Shown: piece by piece, positions 17,039-25,848 of the stretch
Layout of the letters: each line of letters starts with the position of its first letter
Position numbering within the stretch: position 1 is the first letter of the stretch
From: an uncultured Gemmataceae bacterium
GTDB taxonomy: Bacteria; Planctomycetota; Planctomycetia; Gemmatales; Gemmataceae
Assembly: GCA_963923355.1 (NCBI GenBank)
Contig: CAWUOE010000001.1
Span: forward strand, 1-33,619
DNA length: 33,619 nt
Reading direction: 5' to 3'
Position numbers and translations under genes: made by a program
The notes under the pieces: model-generated
What the model saw: only the letters and a program-made list of their open reading frames with translations
Databases searched by the model: none
Told to the model about the DNA's origin: nothing

Positions 17039-17259
17039 GATTTTGAATGAACCCCCTGCGGGCAAACCCCCCGGTACGCCCGTGGAGCCGTCCATGCCGT
17101 GGTGGCGCCCGCCAAGTCAAGAGGGATTCGGGTCAAGGACTCCCGAACCCAAAACCTTTCCCGCAAAGGCTCTTGCGACGCGGGGAAGGGGGTGGAACGA
17201 TAGGTCCAGCCAGGCCGGGATTCTCCCAGGAGGCTGTGAAATCAAACTTTCCGGAGAGA

Positions 17260-18036
17260 ATGCCAATGGGCCCCCTGATGTCCCAGTTCAAGCTGGAAGG
17301 CAAAACCGCCCTGGTAACCGGTGGCAGCAAGGGATTGGGGCTGGCCATGGCCCGCATTTTGGGGGAAGCAGGAGCTTCGGTTTTGATTTGCAGCCGCCAT
17401 CAGGCCGAACTGGAGAAGGCTCTGGATTTGATTCCATTGAACGGCAAAGCCAGAAAAGGTTTTCTGGTGGGAGACCTGAGCAAGCGAGCCGAGGCCGAAA
17501 GGCTGGCTGAGGCAGCCCAACATGAATTCGGGCCGGTGGACATTCTGGTCAACAATGCGGGGACCAACAAACCCCAGTCCATCGACACGATCGATGACAC
17601 GGTGTGGGACTCGGTGATGGAACTGAACCTGAACAGCGTGATGGCACTCAGCCGGGCGCTATGCAAGGGGATGAAGGCGCGCGGTTGGGGCCGGATCATC
17701 CATATCAGTTCCATCATGGGTTTATTGAGCAAGGAAAAGCGGAATGTGTATTCAGCCACCAAATCTGCCCTTTTGGGCCTGTGCCGGGCCATGGCTCTGG
17801 ATTTGGGGCCCAGCGGGGTGACAGTAAATTGTCTTTCGCCGGGCCCGTTCCTGACCGATCTGCCGATGAGCGTGCTGAGTGACGCGGAGAAACAGGAGTT
17901 TTCCGATCACACCGCACTGGGGCGTTGGGGGCAAACGGAGGAATTGGCCGGGCCACTGCTGCTGCTAGCCAGTGACGCTGGACGCTACATCACCGGGGCC
18001 AATCTGGTGGTGGATGGGGGATACACCATCCGGTGA
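17260..18036 (+). CDS. SDR family oxidoreductase (classical short-chain dehydrogenase, gluconate-5-dehydrogenase-like)
   Basis: It carries TGGSKGLG (TGxxxGxG), NNAG, the catalytic YSATK and a PG motif. The start is ATG 17260 or 17278, after GGAGAGA. The ORF-track extension from 17047 is rejected. Confidence 0.9.
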   Translation: MPMGPLMSQFKLEGKTALVTGGSKGLGLAMARILGEAGASVLICSRHQAELEKALDLIPLNGKARKGFLVGDLSKRAEAERLAEAAQHEFGPVDILVNNAGTNKPQSIDTIDDTVWDSVMELNLNSVMALSRALCKGMKARGWGRIIHISSIMGLLSKEKRNVYSATKSALLGLCRAMALDLGPSGVTVNCLSPGPFLTDLPMSVLSDAEKQEFSDHTALGRWGQTEELAGPLLLLASDAGRYITGANLVVDGGYTIR

Positions 18037-18207
18037 CCGGGAAGGGGCCCAAGTTTGAAACATGTGCCAAAACAAAGGCCCAATGGCCCGTGGGAAGAAA
18101 TCCTGTTTTGGTTGCCCGGGTATTTCCTGTGGGCTAAACTAAAGTGTGCTCCGTCCCAACGCCGAATGGACAGGAAGCCTTAAACCCCGCCCAGTGGATT
18201 TTCCGTG

Positions 18208-18609
18208 ATGAAAATCGGATCCATCCACGAGGAGTGCCTGAAGGAAGAGGCCTCCTTCAAGTGGATTGAGAGTGAAAAAGCCGGGATGGATCTGGGCGAC
18301 TCGGCCACCCGCCGATGGGTCCAGATTCACTGGTGGGGCTATCTGAGGGCCCGCTGGCTGGAGCATCTGCAGGGAAAATGCTTTTGGATTGAACTGGACC
18401 GTGGTGATTTTGGCCTTCTGCCCCGCCTCTTCAAAGAACACGGTCAACTGCTGAATGACATCATCGATCGATTGAAAAATGGGCAAGAAAATTTAGACAT
18501 CATATTGTGGGCCCAAGATAGCAAATTAGATCTTTCTCCTGTACGTGACATTCTTGAAAAGCTTGATATCAACTCCCGCCGGCTAGCACACCGTTTTGAC
18601 GCCAACTGA
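18208..18609 (+). CDS. Hypothetical small cytoplasmic protein
   Basis: A 133-aa ORF (GTG 18205 / ATG 18208) with a conserved-looking FKWIESEKAGMDLGDSATRRWV block. I cannot name the family confidently. The 3' third is visibly more AT-rich. Confidence 0.55.
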   Translation: MKIGSIHEECLKEEASFKWIESEKAGMDLGDSATRRWVQIHWWGYLRARWLEHLQGKCFWIELDRGDFGLLPRLFKEHGQLLNDIIDRLKNGQENLDIILWAQDSKLDLSPVRDILEKLDINSRRLAHRFDAN

Positions 18610-18727
18610 TTTTTAACCCAACCCTTTTTGTCCTGTGCCTCCTGCCAGATTTTTTGTTCAGGCAGTCGATTTATGCAGCTGTCAAGGACGGGGCCTTTGG
18701 ATCCGTTTACGCACCTTTGGGATAGAT

Positions 18728-21556
18728 TCAGGCAGCTTGGGGCATGTGTCTGGCAGGTTTTTCCATTTCAAGCGTGGGAGTAGCGACCACGGGCACCCGC
18801 ACGCCTCCCAGCAAGGCAGGCAGTATTGCCAGGGCGCACAGCATGCATGCCGCCACCCCGGTGGCCAGCAACAGGCCCAGACTGCTGAGGCCCTGATGGC
18901 CACTGAAGGCCAGCGTGCCAAAGCCAAGGACAGTTGTGAGTCCGGCTAGAAGGATGCCCTGCAAAGTGCCCGGGTGCAGGCGGTAATGGCGGGATGTGTC
19001 CTCGCGGTGCAACCAATCGTGGATCACATGGACACCGTTGTCCACACCGACGCCGAGGATGAGCGGCAAGGCGATCAGGTTGGCAGGATTGAGGGCCAGA
19101 CCCAGCCAACCCATCAAGCCGAGGGCAGCCACCAAACCACCGGTGAGCGGGGCCAGCGCCAGCAACACCAACCTCGGTTTGCGCAGGTCTACCATCAGCA
19201 CGATGACGATGGCCAGAAAAGCCCAAGCCCCAGCACGCAGAAAACCCAACCGCATCCCCTCCAAGCCTTCCAACGTGGTGAACGTCTTGCCGGTTGCATC
19301 GGGAACGACCGAGGCAACAGCGTTGTTGAACCGAGACAGGGCGGCCGGGTCCCACAGTTCCTCCCGGGCAAACACGCGCAGCAGGAAACGCCCTTTGGCA
19401 TCCATGTGGCGATCGCGGAAGTCAGCCGGCAGGTCTGCAACGGTGATGAATCCAGGCTGGGATACCGAACGAAGTTTGTGCAGATTGGTCAGCAACTCGC
19501 CGGCCATGCGGTCATCCAGTCGGGCGAGGCCCATGGCAGCCTTGGCCGGGTCTTCCGTCGCCAGGGCTGCCTTGAATTGGGAGCATGATTGCAGGAGTTG
19601 CTCCTTCAGCGGGATGTCGGCCAGCTCGGGCAAAGCCAACTGGGAGGCAAGCTGGTCCACCTCGGTCCCGATGGCCTGGGGTGTGGACCGCGGATGCATC
19701 AAGGACGCGCTTGCCTCGGGCAGGCGGACCAAGCGCTCCCGTATTTCGGCCAGCAGGGGCTGCTTGGACTGCTGCTCCGCGAGGTCTGGCAACAGGGAGG
19801 CTGTTTCCGTGACCCGGCCCACCTCGGGCAAGGCTTCCAAACGCTTTTTGAATTCGAGCGCCTGTTCGCTGGTATCCGCCCAGACCAGGGCATGCCAGGA
19901 AGCCCCTTTGGTGGAAGCTAAAAGTCGTTTTTCCCACTGAACGGACGGCAGGTCATCACCCTGCAGGCGGAGGAGGTTCGCATCGTAACGGGTCCAGCAG
20001 CAGCCTGCGGCCAAGGCCGCCCAGACCACCAAGCCGATTCCCAAGGCCAGACCGGGACGAGCAGCCCAGGACCGGGCCCAACCGGCGCGCACTTCCGTGA
20101 CACCCAGACGTACAGCGCCCCTCGCCGCCGGCGACTCGCGCACCAGAACACTGAGCAGGGGCGGGGCCAGAGTGAGGGCACTGGTGGCACAGAGCAGGAG
20201 CCCGCCACCCGCGATGAGACCAAGTTCAGCCACCGCCTGGAAATCTGCGAGCATGGTGGCGAAGAAAGCCAGCATCCCGGTGACCGAGGCGGTGATGATG
20301 GAAGGCCCGGTGGCAGCGGCCGCGCGGAGCAGCGCAGCACGGGCAGCGGCGCGGGAAGGGTCGCGCCGCGTGTCACGTTCGCGTTGAAAACGGCTGACAA
20401 GGAGCACCGCGTAATCACCCATGCCGATAAGCATCACCGCGAAGGTGGCAGACAGCAGATTGAGATGCCCCACCACCAAGGTGGCAAAACCCAAGGCCCA
20501 AACGGTGCCAGCCAGTAGTGGCAAACCGCTTGCCAACGGGGCACGCCACTGGCGAAAGACCCAGGCATAAAGGGTGAGCACTCCCAGAAAAGCCAGCCAA
20601 CTGGCGCGAGTGCTGTCGCGTGTGGACGCTTCCATCTCATCGCATTCGAGCACCGGCAAACCGGTCAGGCCGACCTCGAGCGTGGGATATCTGGCCGAAA
20701 CCTGCTTGAGGATCTCGCGGGCACGGCGAACGCCGGCCACCTGGGGGCACATGGGATCCGATGCATCCGGTACCGGGCTGGCCAAGAGGAAGGTCAGGCT
20801 GCCGTCATCACTGCGGAGGCGCTGGGGCTCCAGCAGCATGGCTTCCCGGGTATCGGCACCACCGGCCGGCTGCCAAAGCGTGCTACCCGTTTGCTGGCCA
20901 CGCAGTTCCCTGGTGGCGGCCTGCATGAGGTGGTTCAGCTGGGCAAGTACTTTGCCATCGATCTCGGCTCCCGGTTTACCTCGGGCCTTGCGGCGCCTGT
21001 CCTCTTCGCGTTCGGTGGCGAGGGCCTTGAGGCGGTGACGGGTTTCAAACACCAGGTTCCTGAAGGTGAACAGGTTCCAACCCAAGGGCAAATCCAGCAG
21101 TGGCCGCATGGTGCGGAGTTCCCGCACAATGGCCTCTATCTGGCTTTTTTCATTGAGCAACATGGACCGGTTGGCAATAGGGCGCAGGTCGACCTCGCGC
21201 CAGACCCGGTTGAAAAAGCCAGGCTCCGCACGGAAGGCGGCCTGCACCTCAGCCAAAAACCGATCCTGCTCCGGCTGGGTGGAGCCTGAAGCCACCACCA
21301 CCATGTCATCTTCCGAGCCGACCCGATCGAGATGTTCCTTCCAGCGCTGCTGCACCGGTTTGGTGCTGCTGATCATGTCGTTTCGGCTGGTCATGAATCG
21401 CAAACGATAGGCGGAGTAACCTCCGGCAAGGGCGGTCAGCACCATACCCGCCACCAGAAACCACCAGGGATGATCCCAAGTCCAACCGGCAAAACGGGAA
21501 ACCGCCGCTGCGAGGCGTCCGTCCGCGCATTCATTGGTTTGCGGAGTTGAGGACAT
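18728..21556 (-). CDS. MMPL/RND superfamily transporter (HpnN-like)
   Basis: About 940 aa with two TM bundles separated by large soluble loops, which is typical MMPL organisation. ATG 21556 has a GGGGAG Shine-Dalgarno 11 nt upstream. GTG 21568 overlaps that Shine-Dalgarno. Confidence 0.85.
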   Translation of the reverse strand: MSSTPQTNECADGRLAAAVSRFAGWTWDHPWWFLVAGMVLTALAGGYSAYRLRFMTSRNDMISSTKPVQQRWKEHLDRVGSEDDMVVVASGSTQPEQDRFLAEVQAAFRAEPGFFNRVWREVDLRPIANRSMLLNEKSQIEAIVRELRTMRPLLDLPLGWNLFTFRNLVFETRHRLKALATEREEDRRRKARGKPGAEIDGKVLAQLNHLMQAATRELRGQQTGSTLWQPAGGADTREAMLLEPQRLRSDDGSLTFLLASPVPDASDPMCPQVAGVRRAREILKQVSARYPTLEVGLTGLPVLECDEMEASTRDSTRASWLAFLGVLTLYAWVFRQWRAPLASGLPLLAGTVWALGFATLVVGHLNLLSATFAVMLIGMGDYAVLLVSRFQRERDTRRDPSRAAARAALLRAAAATGPSIITASVTGMLAFFATMLADFQAVAELGLIAGGGLLLCATSALTLAPPLLSVLVRESPAARGAVRLGVTEVRAGWARSWAARPGLALGIGLVVWAALAAGCCWTRYDANLLRLQGDDLPSVQWEKRLLASTKGASWHALVWADTSEQALEFKKRLEALPEVGRVTETASLLPDLAEQQSKQPLLAEIRERLVRLPEASASLMHPRSTPQAIGTEVDQLASQLALPELADIPLKEQLLQSCSQFKAALATEDPAKAAMGLARLDDRMAGELLTNLHKLRSVSQPGFITVADLPADFRDRHMDAKGRFLLRVFAREELWDPAALSRFNNAVASVVPDATGKTFTTLEGLEGMRLGFLRAGAWAFLAIVIVLMVDLRKPRLVLLALAPLTGGLVAALGLMGWLGLALNPANLIALPLILGVGVDNGVHVIHDWLHREDTSRHYRLHPGTLQGILLAGLTTVLGFGTLAFSGHQGLSSLGLLLATGVAACMLCALAILPALLGGVRVPVVATPTLEMEKPARHMPQAA

Positions 21557-21825
21557 ACAAACGGTCACTCCCCAGCCGGTCGGGAACGGCGCGCCAATCG
21601 GAATAGGGGCGGGACTATAGAAATTGGTTAAATGGGAAGCAAGCGGAAGGACATATATCCCAAACTATTTAAAATACTTATTTTAACATTTTGAAGTACT
21701 GATTATCCGATCTCTCTTCCACCCCCGGAAGGTAAACATTCACCCTTTATCCTTGGTGGGCCTGCCCGATTCGTGTTAGTTGTGAGTTAGACCTGATTCA
21801 TTCATTAGTGCCAGAGGGACGGTTC

Positions 21826-23001
21826 ATGAATTACTTGCACACCTTGGGAGCGCTGGGCCTGACTGTTTCGCTGTTCGGGATCACATCAGCCCAGCAAAAG
21901 GCGGTACCGGCCAAAAAGATCACCCTGCCGGGGGCTGCGCAGTTAGGTTCGGGGGTCGCACCTGCGGCCAACAGCCCAGCGGGCAAGGAATTGACAGCCC
22001 TGAGATCTCAATTCACCCTTCAGCAAAGCCAGGTGCTGGCCAAATTACGCGGCACCGACAATGAGCAGGAGCGCGTGGAACTGGTGAAGCAGCTCCCCAA
22101 GGCTGAACCGGTAGCCCAAAAGGCCCTGGAAATCGCCAAGAAGGATCTGGAAGACGAGGCCGCCTTCGACGCCCTGCAATATGCCAGCACGCTGGGGTCG
22201 CTCCCGAGCAGCAAGGCGGGAGTGGAAGCGCGGGAAATCCTTTTCACCAAGTTCCTCAGCCACCCGAAAATGAAGACCATGGTCTCGAGCATGACCATGA
22301 CACCGGACGGCCGGCAGCAGGCCAAAAGCATGCTTGCCAACGACAAGCTGCCACGCGATTTGAAAGGCCAGATCCTTTTCGCGCTGGCGCAGGAATCCCA
22401 GACATCGGCCCGGCGCGGCACCTCCGGCGAGGAACAGGAAAAGGTTCTGGAAGAAGCGGCCAAGCAGTATGAACTGATCGTGAAGGAATACGGCGACCTG
22501 CCCGGCCCCCGGGGCGGCACTCTGGGCGACCTGGCCAAACCAGCCCTGTTTGAGATCCGCAACCTGACACCCGGCAAGATGGCTCCGGAGGTAACCTGCT
22601 GGAAGCTGGATGACGGCAAGGAAGTGGAAGACAAGCTTTCCAACTACAAGGGCAAGGTGGTGGTCCTGGACATTTGGGCGACCTGGTGCGGGCCCTGCAA
22701 GGCGATGATTCCCCACGAACGGGAAATGGTGGAGCGACTGAAGGACAAACCGTTCACCCTGATCTCCGTCAGTGGTGACGACAAGCTGGAAACCCTGCGC
22801 ACCTTCCTGGAAAAGGAGAAGATGCCCTGGACCCACTGGTTTGCCGAGAGGAAAGGCATCCTGAAGGATTGGAATATCCGCTATTTCCCGACCATCTATA
22901 TCCTCGACCACACCGGCAAGATCCGCTTCAAGGACCTCCGGGGCGAGAAGATGGAAGAGGCGGTCAACCAGTTGCTGGCCGAGATGAAAGCCGCCAAGTA
23001 A
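21826..23001 (+). CDS. TlpA/redoxin-like periplasmic thiol:disulfide oxidoreductase with a long helical N-terminal domain
   Basis: Signal peptide MNYLHTLGALGLTVSLFGITSAQ. The thioredoxin-fold block is VVVLDIWATWCGPCKAMIP (CGPC). AGAGGGA Shine-Dalgarno lies 6 nt before ATG 21826. Confidence 0.85.
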   Translation: MNYLHTLGALGLTVSLFGITSAQQKAVPAKKITLPGAAQLGSGVAPAANSPAGKELTALRSQFTLQQSQVLAKLRGTDNEQERVELVKQLPKAEPVAQKALEIAKKDLEDEAAFDALQYASTLGSLPSSKAGVEAREILFTKFLSHPKMKTMVSSMTMTPDGRQQAKSMLANDKLPRDLKGQILFALAQESQTSARRGTSGEEQEKVLEEAAKQYELIVKEYGDLPGPRGGTLGDLAKPALFEIRNLTPGKMAPEVTCWKLDDGKEVEDKLSNYKGKVVVLDIWATWCGPCKAMIPHEREMVERLKDKPFTLISVSGDDKLETLRTFLEKEKMPWTHWFAERKGILKDWNIRYFPTIYILDHTGKIRFKDLRGEKMEEAVNQLLAEMKAAK

Positions 23002-23022
23002 GTACCTGGCATCACTCCAACA

Positions 23023-23055
23023 AAAGCCGCCCGGTTGCCTGGGCGGCTTTTTTAT
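23023..23055. terminator. Bidirectional intrinsic terminator between convergent genes
   Basis: AAAA-GCCGCCC-loop-GGGCGGC-TTTTTT forms a 7-bp GC stem flanked by A and T runs. Confidence 0.7.
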
Positions 23056-23094
23056 TGTGCCAGAAAAGCGAATTCCCTGGGGCAGGCCTACCTA

Positions 23095-23703
23095 TTAGCT
23101 GGAATAGGACCCGGCCAGCATGCGCACAAAGCAAGCCATCAGGTGCGCGTTGTCGTGCCAGGTCCGGGCGCTGACCAAATTGCCATCCAGCACCACCGGG
23201 GCATCTACATAGGTGCCACCGAAGGCTGTGATGTCCAGCGCGCATTTGGCCACCGTGGTAGCCGTGCGCCCCTTCAGGCAACCGGCCGCCGCGGCAATCT
23301 CCACGCCATGGCAAACCATGGCGACCGGCTTGCCGGACTGGAAGAAGTGTCTGGTGGCTTCCAGGAGATGGGTGTTGTAGCGGAGGTATTCCGGGGCACG
23401 ACCACCGGAAAGGAAGAGGCCGACATACTCAGACGGAACCAAGTCTGCGAAGGCGACCGTTGCGCGGACATGATAGGCCGGCTGCTCGCGGGTGATATCC
23501 CAAGGTACGCCGGGTTCCGGCGGGATCTCGTGCATGACACCGTGGTAGATTCTGGCCTGGGGGCCAGCGATCACCACCTCAAAGCCCTCTTCGCGCAGGC
23601 GAAAGATCGGATAGAGAGTGTCGAGCACCTCGGTGCCATCACCCAAGGGCAGCAGGATTTTCCCCCTGCCTGTCGGCAACGCTGGAAACGCCGGCTGGCC
23701 CAT
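23095..23703 (-). CDS. DJ-1/PfpI family protein
   Basis: KILLPLGDGTEVLDTLYPIFRLREEGFEV, then the nucleophile-elbow-like VAMVCHGVE, then DGNLVSARTWHDN. Start ATG 23703 lies 1 nt after the rsmD stop. Confidence 0.85.
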   Translation of the reverse strand: MGQPAFPALPTGRGKILLPLGDGTEVLDTLYPIFRLREEGFEVVIAGPQARIYHGVMHEIPPEPGVPWDITREQPAYHVRATVAFADLVPSEYVGLFLSGGRAPEYLRYNTHLLEATRHFFQSGKPVAMVCHGVEIAAAAGCLKGRTATTVAKCALDITAFGGTYVDAPVVLDGNLVSARTWHDNAHLMACFVRMLAGSYSS

Positions 23704-23704
23704 G

Positions 23705-24379
23705 TCACTCCTCACCCTCGGCCTCGGGAAAATCGTCGTCGTCCTGCGACAGGTCCTCGCCTTCCTCCTCCTCGTCGGCCTCGTCGTCATCCTCATTGCG
23801 GCCGAGGGGACCACCCCAGAACCACAGCAGGTTTCGTCCGTATTTCCTTTTGCGCCATTGGTCCTGATTGGGGAGTTGCTCAAGCATTGGACATTTTTCC
23901 GCCTGCAGGATGAGAGTGCTTCCCTCGGGCAGGGCTTTTTGCAGGGCATCGATCATCGCCAGCATGGTCTCGGCACGCCCGGTGAGATCGGGGAATGGCG
24001 GGCTGAGGAAAACGATCCATTCGCCCGGCATGGGTTTCCAACTCTCGGCCCAGCGGTAGGCATCGAGACGACTGACCACCCCCCGATCCGCGATGCGGAA
24101 GAGCTTGAGGTGTTTCTCCAGGGCCAATGCCAGCTTGGGATCCTTCTCGATGAACCAGCAGCGTTCGGCGCCCCGGCTGAGGGCCTCCATGCCGATGACC
24201 CCGGTCCCGGAGAACACATCGACGAAATAGACTTCTGACAGGTCACCACCGAGGATGGAGAAAAGCGCCTCACGCGCACGCTGCGAGGTTGGCCGCAGGC
24301 GGGGATTGACCTCGCACTCCACCTTCCGTCCCCGGAGTTCACCGGCAATGATTCGCACCGTGTTTTTTTTGCTGGGCAT
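23705..24379 (-). CDS. rsmD: 16S rRNA (guanine966-N2)-methyltransferase RsmD with an unusual ~32-aa acidic C-terminal tail
   Basis: VRIIAGELRGRKV, RPTSQRAREALFSIL, DVFSGTGVIGMEALSRGA and LSPPF are RsmD hallmarks. The tail is GRNEDDDEADEEEEGEDLSQDDDDFPEAEGEE. Confidence 0.85.
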   Translation of the reverse strand: MPSKKNTVRIIAGELRGRKVECEVNPRLRPTSQRAREALFSILGGDLSEVYFVDVFSGTGVIGMEALSRGAERCWFIEKDPKLALALEKHLKLFRIADRGVVSRLDAYRWAESWKPMPGEWIVFLSPPFPDLTGRAETMLAMIDALQKALPEGSTLILQAEKCPMLEQLPNQDQWRKRKYGRNLLWFWGGPLGRNEDDDEADEEEEGEDLSQDDDDFPEAEGEE

Positions 24380-24456
24380 GACAACCTGATCGAAACGCAC
24401 CCGACACAACCAAACCACCCAGTCCAGTGTACACGGCGAGTGCCCGGATCGCGGGG

Positions 24457-25707
24457 TCAGGGGGAAACCTGGTCCACCAGGTCACACGCCTGGCGCAGGG
24501 CGGCAACCGAATCGACGCGACCAGCCCAGCTCCGTGCCCGGGTCTGGTATTCGATGCCGTCCAGCAGTTGGGTCAATAGCCTGGCCAGGCGTTTCGTGGT
24601 GGCCCGGCGAGGGTCGAGGTGATCTCCCGCGCCCATGAGGCGCACCCTGTGGGCGTTGTCGTGCTGGTCGTGCGCGAAGGGGATAACCAATTGGGGTACA
24701 CCTGCACCCAGCGCCCGGGCAAGGGTACCCACCCCGCCATGGTGGGCCAGGAGCGCCGCGCGCGGCAGCAATTGCCCCATGGGTGCCCATGGGGCATGGA
24801 AGACATGGGGCGGTAGCGGGTGAGGGACCTGATCGGCATCCTTCGAAAGCAGTACCAGCCTTGCCCCGATACCCGCCGTGGCGTGGATGAATCGCTCCAA
24901 CAACCATCGAGCCTGACGCATGGCACTGCCAAAGGTGGCCACCACCGGCGAGGGACCTTCCTCGACAAACCGCCAGAGGGACTGGAGATCCGCCAGGGGC
25001 TGATCGTCATCGTACTGCAGGAAACCGACGTGCCTGGCCTGCGCTGGCCGCTGGGGCATGGGACCAAACCATTCGGGAAAACAGAGCAAAACCCTGTCAG
25101 GCGAATTCCACCAGCCTTCCAGATACCTACGAACCGGCGGGCGGCCATTCTCGGCGCGGAGGGGCTCCACCGCGCCACCGATGAGTGGATCGGCAATGCG
25201 ATCGACCAAGCGATAGGCCATACGGGGCGCGATCCGGAGCAGCGTGTTGGGCAACCAGCCGCCTGGAACCCGGGGCGGGTTTCGGGGGCAGCGCAGCACG
25301 ATGGGTGCCAGATGCATGGTGACCAAGGGCACCTCCGTCTCTTCCCGGGCGACCCGGGCGCCGAAGCCCAGGGAGGAGGCGACCACCACACGTTTCCCCG
25401 GCCCCTTGGCGAACTGCCGGGCCAAATCACGCTGGGAACGAACCATGTCCATCGCCTGGAAATCGGCGAGGATTGTACGGGTGCCCTTCCGGGGGTGCCA
25501 AAGATTGGGGTTCCTGGTGATTCGGTCGTAATGCTCGCGTGTGCCCAGAGGCTCAAAGGTGAGGCCTGCCCGGAGGACCTGCTGCTCGAAGGTGGGATTG
25601 GCACAGAGAGTGATCTGCCAGCCCCGGGCTGCGAGACCCTTGCCCAGTGCGATGAATGGGAACACATCGCCCGCGCTGCCGACGCCGAATAGAAGGGCGC
25701 TTTTCAT
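24457..25707 (-). CDS. GT1-family glycosyltransferase, RhlB (rhamnosyltransferase chain B)/MGT-like
   Basis: GSAGDVFPFIALGKGLAARGW..LC..P.F, NPNLWHP, LCFPEWFGP and HHGGVGTLARALGAGVPQLVIPFAHDQHDNAHR align by eye with my recollection of P. aeruginosa RhlB. Confidence 0.8.
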   Translation of the reverse strand: MKSALLFGVGSAGDVFPFIALGKGLAARGWQITLCANPTFEQQVLRAGLTFEPLGTREHYDRITRNPNLWHPRKGTRTILADFQAMDMVRSQRDLARQFAKGPGKRVVVASSLGFGARVAREETEVPLVTMHLAPIVLRCPRNPPRVPGGWLPNTLLRIAPRMAYRLVDRIADPLIGGAVEPLRAENGRPPVRRYLEGWWNSPDRVLLCFPEWFGPMPQRPAQARHVGFLQYDDDQPLADLQSLWRFVEEGPSPVVATFGSAMRQARWLLERFIHATAGIGARLVLLSKDADQVPHPLPPHVFHAPWAPMGQLLPRAALLAHHGGVGTLARALGAGVPQLVIPFAHDQHDNAHRVRLMGAGDHLDPRRATTKRLARLLTQLLDGIEYQTRARSWAGRVDSVAALRQACDLVDQVSP

Positions 25708-25848
25708 CCACTTCCACCTGTTCCTGACAGACCGGCCAGCATTCTACCAGTTCACCGAATTCCGATTTGATCAGCCTGCTAGCCCCCCGGCTCCTGTCGG
25801 CCATGTTAAGCTGTCTCCCATTCGGACCAACACGGAAGGGGCGACACC

